DNA from: a virus | Lineage: Duplodnaviria; Heunggongvirae; Uroviricota; Caudoviricetes | Length of the DNA: 25,290 nucleotides | Reading direction: 5' to 3' (one strand) | IMG/VR virus record: IMGVR_UViG_3300035502_000737 | Shown: positions 1-8,461 of the stretch, one piece after another | How the letters are laid out: every line of letters starts with the position of its first letter | How positions within the stretch are numbered: position 1 is the stretch's first letter | Notes under the pieces: model-generated | The model's database searches: none | What the model was told of the DNA's origin: nothing | What the model saw: the letters and a program-made list of their open reading frames with translations, nothing else | Program-made: the position numbers and the translations under genes

Positions 1-1482
1 TTCCAAGGGTTTTTCAAGACGCAGTGTTCACAATACCAAGTGCTCCCGACTGTCCTTGATTGTGGGGATACGTGGGGATATGAGTTCGTGCTGAAGAAAT
101 CCGAGTTGGAAAAGGAATCAAGCAAGACGCTGAATGACAAGTATCCGAACAACAAGGGAATATTCTTTTATATAGGTACACGTGCGGAGAACAAATGGGA
201 TTACTTGTATCATGACGCGGACGACGAGTGCTTTACGTTGTCTCCCGATGATTACGTGGAGGATGCTCACATTGACAAGAAGACGTATAAAATCAATAAT
301 TTGATTGAGGATGTGCTTGAGTTCGATGACTATGAGGAGACGGCGATGGATGATTTCTTGAACTACAAGTATTTTGATGAGTCATTGTATGACAGTTACA
401 ATATTTCGGATTATATCAGTGTGGGAGAGAAACCTACCGTGATTGACGAGGAAAAGAACCGATACAAGACAATGCAGTGGTGCTGCGGTCCTTCCACAAC
501 AACGACCACTTTCTCCACGTCTGAAAAACCTTGCAGATGTAGAAGTTGCGGAGGGCAGTCATCAACAGTCACCGCTTCCACTACGACAACCGTTAAGAAG
601 TATTTGAGTAAGTGTGACCTTTTTGGGGATGACTTCTTGTCTGATATTGACGATATGTATTTCGACACGGATTATATCGAGGACGAGCTTGACATTTCCG
701 ATTTTACATACAACACGGACGGAACTAGCACAATTGGCTCATTTGAATCCTATGTGGAGACGGACAACAAGTTTCTCTTATTCGATAGGACTTGCAGCGG
801 ATACAACGTGAGGAATTGGGTGGACGGAACCACTGCGAGGTATTTCTACAGAAAAAGCTCGTTCAAGGACAACTTGTTCCTCTTGATGAACAGAACATGT
901 ACTGGATACACCGTCCATACGATAGACACGCTTAGGGATTCGCAAACAGAGGAATATGACGTGAACGCAGACCTATATAACAACGCATTGGCATTCAGAA
1001 TCACGGATGAAGGGGCTGTGGGATACAGATATCTTGTTCAAGATTGTGATTCCGAGGAGGGATATTCAATCAAGGAGGGATACTCCAATAATGGAATCAT
1101 CAATGAGGATGAGTGGACGGACATTCACGTGAAGGTGGTAGGGGGCAGCGATACCATGGCGCTGAAGTTCTATGTGAACGGGAACTTGATATTCATATCC
1201 GATTCTCTTCCAAAGCTCAATTTGCGAGAATTGAATGATATTTATGAGAAGCAAGAGACGGTTCCTTTCAACATATCGATAGGAGGTGGCACGCAAGGAC
1301 TTTGTGACACGGTGCTTCCGAACTACATGCTTGACCCGTATAGGACCTATCCGTTGGAGGAGAATTTCGGAGGAAGTTTCATAGGATACTTCAAGTCCTT
1401 CAAGTTCTACAACTGCGATGTGGAGCAGTTATACATTAAAAATAATACATCCGTCGAATTGCATAAAACGAAAAATATTTAA
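1..1482 (+). CDS. 5'-truncated acidic phage virion protein with a probable C-terminal LamG/concanavalin A-like beta-sandwich
   Basis: Frame 1 is open from base 1 (FQGFFKTQCSQYQVLP...), so the track start at 40 is probably not the true start. The C-terminal pattern EWTDIHVKV...LKFYVNGNL...ISIGGG...FIGYFKSFKFYN resembles LamG-like domains. It lies directly upstream of fibre-like genes. Confidence 0.55.
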   Translation, partial: FQGFFKTQCSQYQVLPTVLDCGDTWGYEFVLKKSELEKESSKTLNDKYPNNKGIFFYIGTRAENKWDYLYHDADDECFTLSPDDYVEDAHIDKKTYKINNLIEDVLEFDDYEETAMDDFLNYKYFDESLYDSYNISDYISVGEKPTVIDEEKNRYKTMQWCCGPSTTTTTFSTSEKPCRCRSCGGQSSTVTASTTTTVKKYLSKCDLFGDDFLSDIDDMYFDTDYIEDELDISDFTYNTDGTSTIGSFESYVETDNKFLLFDRTCSGYNVRNWVDGTTARYFYRKSSFKDNLFLLMNRTCTGYTVHTIDTLRDSQTEEYDVNADLYNNALAFRITDEGAVGYRYLVQDCDSEEGYSIKEGYSNNGIINEDEWTDIHVKVVGGSDTMALKFYVNGNLIFISDSLPKLNLRELNDIYEKQETVPFNISIGGGTQGLCDTVLPNYMLDPYRTYPLEENFGGSFIGYFKSFKFYNCDVEQLYIKNNTSVELHKTKNI

Positions 1483-1489
1483 TATTTAT
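1483..1489 (+). promoter_or_regulatory. TATTTAT motif, putative phage late-promoter element
   Basis: AATATTTATA with the core 19 nt before the ATG at 1509. The same core recurs in sense orientation before several other non-replication genes. Confidence 0.55.
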
Positions 1490-1508
1490 ATAGAAAATCA
1501 ACCATAAA

Positions 1509-3743
1509 ATGAAGGGTCTTTACTTTTATAAATTAGTGTCACCATATGCGGAGGACGAAACAAAGGACTGCAAGTTGACCGTGAATGAGATTGACCATAA
1601 TTTTGTCACCCTCAAGGATGCCGACATCAAGGAGGTTTCAATTGACAAGGAGCACGGATTCCTTGTTTTGGAGACTAACAGCGGAGACAAGTTGAGAGCT
1701 GACATTTCAAGTTTCACTCAAGGCTTGGAAATCAATTATGATAAATCGAACGGTACACTTGAAATCAAGCATGACGGCGTTGTGGAGACAATCGACGGAC
1801 TTGCCACGAGCGGAAACCTTTCGCAAGAGATTGTGAACAATATCATCACGGACGAGACTTTGAGCGGAACGGGTACTGAAAAGCACCCCATCGGAATCTC
1901 AGACCTTGAGAAGACCTCATCTTTCAGAAAGGTAATCCGAGTGCTTGACAAGACGAACGGAGAGTCGCTCCCCGAACGCCATCACTTGAACAAGGGAGAC
2001 CGTTTCATCACGTTTGAGAACGTGAACGAGTACGGTTTCTTGTATTCCTTCAAGTATGCCAAACAGCTTGTGGAGGACTTGAACAGCAAGTGGAGGATTC
2101 CTACCAAGGAGGATTGGGACAACATGCTGAACGCCATCGAGCCTTGCGAGAGCGATAGGAACCATGGCATTGACACATGCAACATCCTTCTAGGCAAATT
2201 CGCAGGAAAGCTCCTTAAGTCAAAGACTCTTTGGCTTGGTGGAAAGCTTGAACCGAACGATTCTAGCGAATGCTCCCTCTCTGCCGATGACATCGTGGAG
2301 GATGACGTTACTGCTGACAGCGAGGACGTTACTGAACATCCGAAGCAAAAGCCGAGCAAGACAGACGGAACCGATTCTTATGGCATGAAGCTCCTTGCGA
2401 GCGGATATGGTGACGGCTGCCAAATGATGGATTACTTCTCTCAGAGAGGCAAGTTTTGGACTTCGACCGCAATCCGTGTCACGGACATCTATACCAAGCG
2501 TTTCGACTACGACAAGACGGGTGTCGCTCAGTTGGCTGACAATCCCAACTCGCTGTGCTCTCTGCGCCTTGTGAAGGATTACGACGGAAAGAACTTCAGT
2601 GGATATGAGACCATCGAGGGCGTTGTATATAAGACGGTGTTGTTGCCTAGCTTGAACTCTGAGCATGGATACGCCATTTGGCTCGGAAGCAACTTGGCCG
2701 TGGACAACGTGAAGTATAATCCCGTAGTGCCAAACAATGGAAATTGCAAGGGAACCAAGAGAGTTTGCTTCATCAACGAGTGGAACGGTTTCGGTTGGGA
2801 GAAGAAAGCTTTGACAGAAGGCGATTCGATGACCATCTTGTTCGGACCCGACGGAAGTAGGGACGAGGAGTTCCGCTTCATAAAGGGAAAACTCGTAAAC
2901 GTGAAGAGGGATATCATCGGTGCGGTGGTTAACAAATACGACGGCGACATCACCATCTTGAACAACGAGGTGTCAATGCTGAAGGATAGGGCTGACGAGA
3001 CCGACAAGAGGATTTTGGGGCTGAATGAAGCCATCCAAACCGAATCTGACAAGAGAGAGAATGCCGACGCATTGCTTGAATCCGCCATCAATACGGAAAT
3101 CGCAGATAGGAAGGAAGCAATCAATGCTGTGGAGGATGAAATCGCAGATGTGACCGAGAAGTTGGAGGCTGCCGACCAAAAGTTGGATGAATCCGTCTCT
3201 GCGGAGAAGGCTACAAGAGAAGAGGTTGAAGCTCAGATTTGGGCGTCCATCAACGGCGAGATTAAGGCACGTGAGGATGTTGAGAAGCAGATTTGGGAAG
3301 CCATCAACAACGAAACCGCAGCGAGGGAAGATGTGGAGTCTCAGCTTTGGAAGGGAATCACCGCAGAGCGTGAGGCAAGGGAAAGTGTGGAAGCCCAGCT
3401 TTGGGACGCCGTCAATGGTGTCATCAACGACAAGGACGAGGTCAACAAGCAGATTTGGGAGGCCATCAACAACGAGACCGCAGCTAGGGAAGATGTGGAG
3501 AAGCAGATTTGGTCTGCCATCAACAAGGAATCCGATTCGAGGGAGGACGTTGAGTCTCAGATTTGGAAGTCGTTGAACAACGAGATTGCAAGGGCCAAGG
3601 CAGCTGAAGAGGAGTTGGATTCGCAACTTATCGTGGAGGAAGGTTCTTCTTACAAGTGTAGGGAAGGCGTCTTGACGCTCGCCGCAAAGGATGAGGAAAA
3701 GACCATACGCATCAAGTTGGACAGCAACTATGGCACTTTCTAA
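1509..3743 (+). CDS. Fibre/receptor-binding-like virion protein with a FISUMP (Fib_succ_major-like) domain and a C-terminal 18-aa coiled-coil repeat
   Basis: YGFLYSF, WRIPTKEDW, AGKLLKSKTLW, GTDSYGM, GKFWTST and SLRLVKD match the Fibrobacter succinogenes major paralogous domain pattern. Seven Trp-containing 18-aa repeats lie near the C-terminus, and the protein ends in NYGTF. Confidence 0.7.
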   Translation: MKGLYFYKLVSPYAEDETKDCKLTVNEIDHNFVTLKDADIKEVSIDKEHGFLVLETNSGDKLRADISSFTQGLEINYDKSNGTLEIKHDGVVETIDGLATSGNLSQEIVNNIITDETLSGTGTEKHPIGISDLEKTSSFRKVIRVLDKTNGESLPERHHLNKGDRFITFENVNEYGFLYSFKYAKQLVEDLNSKWRIPTKEDWDNMLNAIEPCESDRNHGIDTCNILLGKFAGKLLKSKTLWLGGKLEPNDSSECSLSADDIVEDDVTADSEDVTEHPKQKPSKTDGTDSYGMKLLASGYGDGCQMMDYFSQRGKFWTSTAIRVTDIYTKRFDYDKTGVAQLADNPNSLCSLRLVKDYDGKNFSGYETIEGVVYKTVLLPSLNSEHGYAIWLGSNLAVDNVKYNPVVPNNGNCKGTKRVCFINEWNGFGWEKKALTEGDSMTILFGPDGSRDEEFRFIKGKLVNVKRDIIGAVVNKYDGDITILNNEVSMLKDRADETDKRILGLNEAIQTESDKRENADALLESAINTEIADRKEAINAVEDEIADVTEKLEAADQKLDESVSAEKATREEVEAQIWASINGEIKAREDVEKQIWEAINNETAAREDVESQLWKGITAEREARESVEAQLWDAVNGVINDKDEVNKQIWEAINNETAAREDVEKQIWSAINKESDSREDVESQIWKSLNNEIARAKAAEEELDSQLIVEEGSSYKCREGVLTLAAKDEEKTIRIKLDSNYGTF
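3204..3620 (+). repeat. About 7 tandem 54-bp (18-aa) coding repeats, consensus AREDVEKQIWEAINNETA
   Basis: Visible in both protein and DNA, e.g. aagcagatttggga(a/g)gccatcaacaacga(a/g)accgcagc occurs twice, three units apart. Confidence 0.9.
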
Positions 3744-3781
3744 ACGAGAAAAGAAAATAAGAAATAAACAACCAAGATTAC

Positions 3782-6700
3782 ATGGAAGAATTAAATAACA
3801 GATTGCAGTTTGTTCATCACGAGGGAGTCTTCAAGACGAGTGAGGAAGCGATTGACTATGTTAAGCAAGAATCCATTATCGATTACCCTGCGCTGTATGC
3901 GGAACCCATGATTGTCGCATATGGCAACGAGAAGGAGCCGAACATCATTTTGTGTATCGGCTCCCACGGTAACGGAAGCGCTAACTTGGCCAATAAGGTG
4001 TTCTTCATCGATTTCGCCTCTTTGGAGGAATCCGTGAAGGCTGCCGTTGAACAAGCGAGTGGCAGTGCCGAGGACATTGCACAAATCGAGAAGGCAGTGG
4101 CCGAGCTGCAAGAGGCCGACAAGACTTTGAAGGACGCAATCGATGCTGAGTCCGAGCGTGCGAAGAAGGCAGAGTCTGACCTTAAGGTGTCGGTCAAGGA
4201 CACGGACACCGTCTCTCTGTCGATGGACAGCGCATCTGAAGGAAACGTAATCTCCGCAGATGTGAAGGTGGCCAAGTCAAAGGTGGTCAATAAGGAAGAG
4301 TTGACAAACTTGCTCATCTCCGACGAGAATGGCTTGTTCCTCAATGCGAGCGTTGACTACGAGAATGACACCCTTACCTTCAAGGCGAACGGAAACGTCA
4401 TCAAGGTGGCAGAACTTCCCCATGAGGTTCATGTTGTAAGCGGTAAGTACGATACCAATACCGAGTCGATTGTCTTGTCGCTGAACAACGGCGAGGATAT
4501 TTCAATCGATGTGGAAGACCTTATCGGAGAGCTGAGCGTGGGCAAGGAATCGGAACAGGTTCACCCCGTCATCTTGAAGAGGGACAGCGTCGTTTACAAT
4601 AAGGAACTTCACTCGACAGAGTCACACCAAGACATCTTGAGCGCTGACGTCCGTTTGAAGGAGGCTTCCGACAACATCCTTGTCAAGGCGGTTGACAACG
4701 GTCTTGAGAGCTTGTACGTAAAGGGTGTTGCTTCCAACATCAAGGAATCCTACAAGGGAGACACACAGACCGTCCAAGAGACGTTGGACAGCCTTCGCGA
4801 GAGTGAGCTGAAAGTTTCCGACAAGGAAGGCAACATCATCAAGAACGACGGAAAGAACGGTATTTACAGCATCGTCACCTTGGCGTATGACTCGAACACC
4901 AACAAGCTGAAGTTCAACAACGGACTTGGTGAGCAGACCATCCAATTGGCTTCCGCATCGCTTGTGGACCATGTGGACTATAGCAACGGAATCTTGAAAC
5001 TGTACCTAAAGCTTGCAGACGGTTCCACCTCTACGGTTGAAATCAATATCACCGACATCATCAAGGAGAATCAGATTGACAATACGGACAGAACCGTGAC
5101 CTTGTCTTCAAAGGAAGGTGACGGCGCGTTTACATTGTCGGCTGACGTGAATGTGTCGGATGAGGATACCAACTTGCTGAAGGTAAAGGCACACGCCCTT
5201 TATGTAAGTAACCAAGCTTCTGACATCAAGTATGGTAAGGGTGATGTGGCTGCATCACTTGACACGTTGCTTGGAGGCGTTGATTCCGAAGGTTCTGTGA
5301 AGAACTTGATTAACGCCGAGAAGGAGGCAAGGGAAGCTTCAGACGTGGAACTGAAGGGTTCCATCACGGAGAATGCCCATGCCATCGAAGCCAACACTTC
5401 TGCATTCAATTCGCTGAAGGCTGAGGTTGAGGCTGACGAGGATGTCATTGCGAAGAACAAGGAAGGCATCGAGAGCAACAAGGCGTCTATTTCTGCCATC
5501 GAGAAGGACGTGGAGACACTTGCCACTTCGGTAGGCTCTATCAAGATTGAGAAGCAGAGCGGAAATGACTTGTACTATGACTTGTTGGTTGACAACGAGA
5601 CAAGGGGCACGGTAATCATCCCGAAGGACAATTACTTGGATAGCGTCACTTTCGACGAGGCTAGCAAGGTTCTGACCTTGAACCTTATCAATGGCGGAGA
5701 GAACACACCGTTCACCGTTTCACTCGCTTCTTTGTATAATGTATATACGCAAGGAGAAGGCGTTTCCATCAAGAATGGCGTTGTATCCGTACAGAAGTCT
5801 GAAGGCGACGAAGGTTTCTTGGAAGTTTCCGAGCAAGGCGTCAAGGTGGTTGGCGTGAAGGCTGCCATCGAGAAGAGCGCTCAGACAACTGCCGCTTATG
5901 CGGATTCCATCGTGGAGAAGGCGCAAGACATCGCAGTTTCCACCGCAGAGGAATACGCAGAGAAGAAGGACGCTGAAACCTTGAAAGAGGCAAAGGCATA
6001 CACAGATACGGTTGAGCTGAAGAAGGTTGACGACTTGACTTATGAGTTCCAAATCAACGGAGTGACCAAGTCAACCATCAGCATTCCGAAAGACCAATTC
6101 TTGTCAGATGCAAGGTATGACGAAGGGAACAAGGAACTTGTCTTCGTATTCCAATTGCAAGACGAGAAGAACGAGGTTAGAGTTCCCGTTGGCAGCTTGG
6201 TTGACACTTACACGGTAGGTGATGGCTTGCAAGCCAAGGGCACTGAATTCTCCGTGAAGGTCGCAGCAGATTCCGAATCCTACTTGACCGTAAGCGCTGA
6301 AGGCGTGAAGGTAAGCGGAATCGAGGAAGCCATCGACAACGCAGAGAAGGAAGCCATTTCCGTATCGAAGGCATATACGGAATCCATCACTCTCGTACAG
6401 CATGAGGACAACCCGTTGCACTATGAGCTGAAGATTGGAACCGTATCGCTCGGTGAAATCAACGTCCCGAAAGACCAATTCTTGAAGAGCGCCAAGTATG
6501 ACGCAGCCAACAAGAACCTTGTCTTCGTATTCGTTACTGAGGACGGTGAGGTCACTTCTGAGGTGAATGTAGCTGACTTGGTTGACACTTACGGGGCTAG
6601 CGAAGGATTGACAATCGATGCCGACAACAACTTCTCAGTAAAGGTTGCCGCTGATTCCGAGGCATATTTGACAGTATCCAAGGAAGGAATCAAGGTAAGC

Positions 6701-8365
6701 GGAATCAACAAGGCCATCGATGATATCAAGGCGACTGTTTCCGAGGCTGACGAGAAGGTGCTTGCAAGTGCCAAGGAATACGCTGACGGAATCAAGATTG
6801 AACAGTCTTCCGACAATGACCACGTGTACAACTTGTACCTTGGAGACGTGAAGAAAGGCAGCGTCGAGATTCCTTCTGACGTTCACTTGGAGAATGTGTC
6901 CATCGCTGATGACAAGCTTGTCTTCGATTTCGTGGGCAAGGAACAGCAGACCGTTGACTTGAGCAAGTACATCGACATCTATGGAGCTGGCGATGGTTTG
7001 TCTCTCTCTGACAACACCTTCAAGATTGAACTTTCCAATGATTCCGAGAAATACTTGTACATCACCAACGGAGTCCTCAAGCTTAGTGGTGTGGATGCAG
7101 CCATCAAGGAATCCGCAGACGCCACCATCGCTTCCGCAAACGCATACGCTGACGAGGCAGCTGCCAATGTGAAGGTGAAGGTTGCTAGCACGAATTCAAT
7201 CGCGTTGAATGTCGCTGAGGACAAGACCTTGACCGCAGAGTTGAACGTGGTTGACGCCACAAACAACTTGATTCACAAGAGCGAGGACGGAATCTACGCA
7301 AACGGTGTAAAGAGCGTAACCTATGACCCGACCACTTCGGTTCTGACCGTTTCTGACGGAGAGAACATCGATGAGTATGTCTTGTCAAGCAACTCTCTTG
7401 TCACCGACGCAGAGTACAACGAGCAAGGACAGTTGGTTTTGACCGTAACCACCGCAAGTGGAGAGGACAAGAAGATTATCGCGAACTTCGAGAGCGTTGT
7501 GGGCGGCAACGAGGCAAACAGCCCAATCACTGTCGTATCCACCAAGAACGGCAACGTGAACACCATCACAGCGACCTTGAAGATTTCCACCTCTTCCAAC
7601 AACCAACTCTCTCAGAACGACGGGGCACTCTTCGTAAGCAAGCTTGCTGAAGACCATATCGGAACTTACCGCGAGAACGAGAAGACCTTGCAAGAGGCTC
7701 TGAACCAAATCGCGGCTGAGATTACCGCAGTGGACAATAAGGCTGACAAGGTGACTGAGTTGAGCGAGGATGTGAAGGTTCTGCAATCTTCCGCAACCAC
7801 CATCTACTTGACAGCCACAGAAGCCAAGTCAAGCGCTAGCGAGGCGAAGACACTTGCTACCGAGGCCAACACCAATGCGACGAATGCCAAGTCTACCGCT
7901 GACGAACTTGCCACAAGGGTTACAGTCTTGGAGAACACTTCCACTGCTACTAATGCAAGTGTGGAGAAAGCGATTGCCACCGCAAACGCAGCTAAGGAAG
8001 CTTCCGACAAGGCTACAGAATCTGTTTCCTCTTATGATGATGCCATCAGTGATGCGACCGACAAGGCAACCGAGGCAAGCAAGAAAGCGGATGTGGCTAG
8101 CGATAAGGCTGACGCAGCGGCAGAAAAAGCTGATACAGCAATCGAAAAGGCAGATGCTGCACAAGCTGACGTTGACGCACTCGAAGAGACCGTATCGGCA
8201 CTCACAGTCACCATCAACGAGCTGACCGATGAGAACGCTGCCTTGAAGGAGAGAGTTGCCGCCATCGAAACACTGTTGACCAAGATTACCAACTTCGGAG
8301 AATATGACGAGAATGGAGCTGAAATCACGGAAACCGATGACGATGAAGAAGGTGAAAGCAAGTGA
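3782..8365 (+). CDS. 1527-aa acidic repeat-rich fibre-like virion protein
   Basis: Long ORF alternating beta-rich repeats (IPKDxxL...YD...LVF; SADV...NLL...GLYV) with Ala/Glu-rich coiled-coil segments. No enzymatic motif seen. Followed by a terminator. Confidence 0.7.
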   Translation: MEELNNRLQFVHHEGVFKTSEEAIDYVKQESIIDYPALYAEPMIVAYGNEKEPNIILCIGSHGNGSANLANKVFFIDFASLEESVKAAVEQASGSAEDIAQIEKAVAELQEADKTLKDAIDAESERAKKAESDLKVSVKDTDTVSLSMDSASEGNVISADVKVAKSKVVNKEELTNLLISDENGLFLNASVDYENDTLTFKANGNVIKVAELPHEVHVVSGKYDTNTESIVLSLNNGEDISIDVEDLIGELSVGKESEQVHPVILKRDSVVYNKELHSTESHQDILSADVRLKEASDNILVKAVDNGLESLYVKGVASNIKESYKGDTQTVQETLDSLRESELKVSDKEGNIIKNDGKNGIYSIVTLAYDSNTNKLKFNNGLGEQTIQLASASLVDHVDYSNGILKLYLKLADGSTSTVEINITDIIKENQIDNTDRTVTLSSKEGDGAFTLSADVNVSDEDTNLLKVKAHALYVSNQASDIKYGKGDVAASLDTLLGGVDSEGSVKNLINAEKEAREASDVELKGSITENAHAIEANTSAFNSLKAEVEADEDVIAKNKEGIESNKASISAIEKDVETLATSVGSIKIEKQSGNDLYYDLLVDNETRGTVIIPKDNYLDSVTFDEASKVLTLNLINGGENTPFTVSLASLYNVYTQGEGVSIKNGVVSVQKSEGDEGFLEVSEQGVKVVGVKAAIEKSAQTTAAYADSIVEKAQDIAVSTAEEYAEKKDAETLKEAKAYTDTVELKKVDDLTYEFQINGVTKSTISIPKDQFLSDARYDEGNKELVFVFQLQDEKNEVRVPVGSLVDTYTVGDGLQAKGTEFSVKVAADSESYLTVSAEGVKVSGIEEAIDNAEKEAISVSKAYTESITLVQHEDNPLHYELKIGTVSLGEINVPKDQFLKSAKYDAANKNLVFVFVTEDGEVTSEVNVADLVDTYGASEGLTIDADNNFSVKVAADSEAYLTVSKEGIKVSGINKAIDDIKATVSEADEKVLASAKEYADGIKIEQSSDNDHVYNLYLGDVKKGSVEIPSDVHLENVSIADDKLVFDFVGKEQQTVDLSKYIDIYGAGDGLSLSDNTFKIELSNDSEKYLYITNGVLKLSGVDAAIKESADATIASANAYADEAAANVKVKVASTNSIALNVAEDKTLTAELNVVDATNNLIHKSEDGIYANGVKSVTYDPTTSVLTVSDGENIDEYVLSSNSLVTDAEYNEQGQLVLTVTTASGEDKKIIANFESVVGGNEANSPITVVSTKNGNVNTITATLKISTSSNNQLSQNDGALFVSKLAEDHIGTYRENEKTLQEALNQIAAEITAVDNKADKVTELSEDVKVLQSSATTIYLTATEAKSSASEAKTLATEANTNATNAKSTADELATRVTVLENTSTATNASVEKAIATANAAKEASDKATESVSSYDDAISDATDKATEASKKADVASDKADAAAEKADTAIEKADAAQADVDALEETVSALTVTINELTDENAALKERVAAIETLLTKITNFGEYDENGAEITETDDDEEGESK
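5540..7150 (+). repeat. Four imperfect 127-155 aa modules inside the 1527-aa protein
   Basis: Anchors IPKDNYL (5618), IPKDQFL (6083), VPKDQFL (6464) and IPSDVHL (6869), each followed by Y..G(D/E)G(L/V)...(Y/F)L.V...GVK.SG-like segments. Outer boundaries are approximate. Confidence 0.85.
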
Positions 8366-8391
8366 AAGTAATTTGAACTTGTAAAAAAACT

Positions 8392-8430
8392 GGAAATATG
8401 CAGTGAAATATCTGCATATTTCCTTCTTTT
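8392..8430 (+). terminator. Rho-independent terminator
   Basis: Perfect 12-bp stem GGAAATATGCAG/CTGCATATTTCC with an 8-nt loop, followed by TTCTTTT. Confidence 0.85.
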
Positions 8431-8434
8431 GAAA

Positions 8435-8441
8435 TATTTAT
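8435..8441 (+). promoter_or_regulatory. TATTTAT motif, putative late-promoter element
   Basis: AATATTTAT immediately after the terminator and 20 nt before the ATG at 8462. Confidence 0.55.
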
Positions 8442-8461
8442 CCTTAAATAATTACAATAAA

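Noticed and set aside
3204-3620. CRISPR-like array
   Set aside because: The units are contiguous in-frame coding repeats with third-position variation and no unique spacers.
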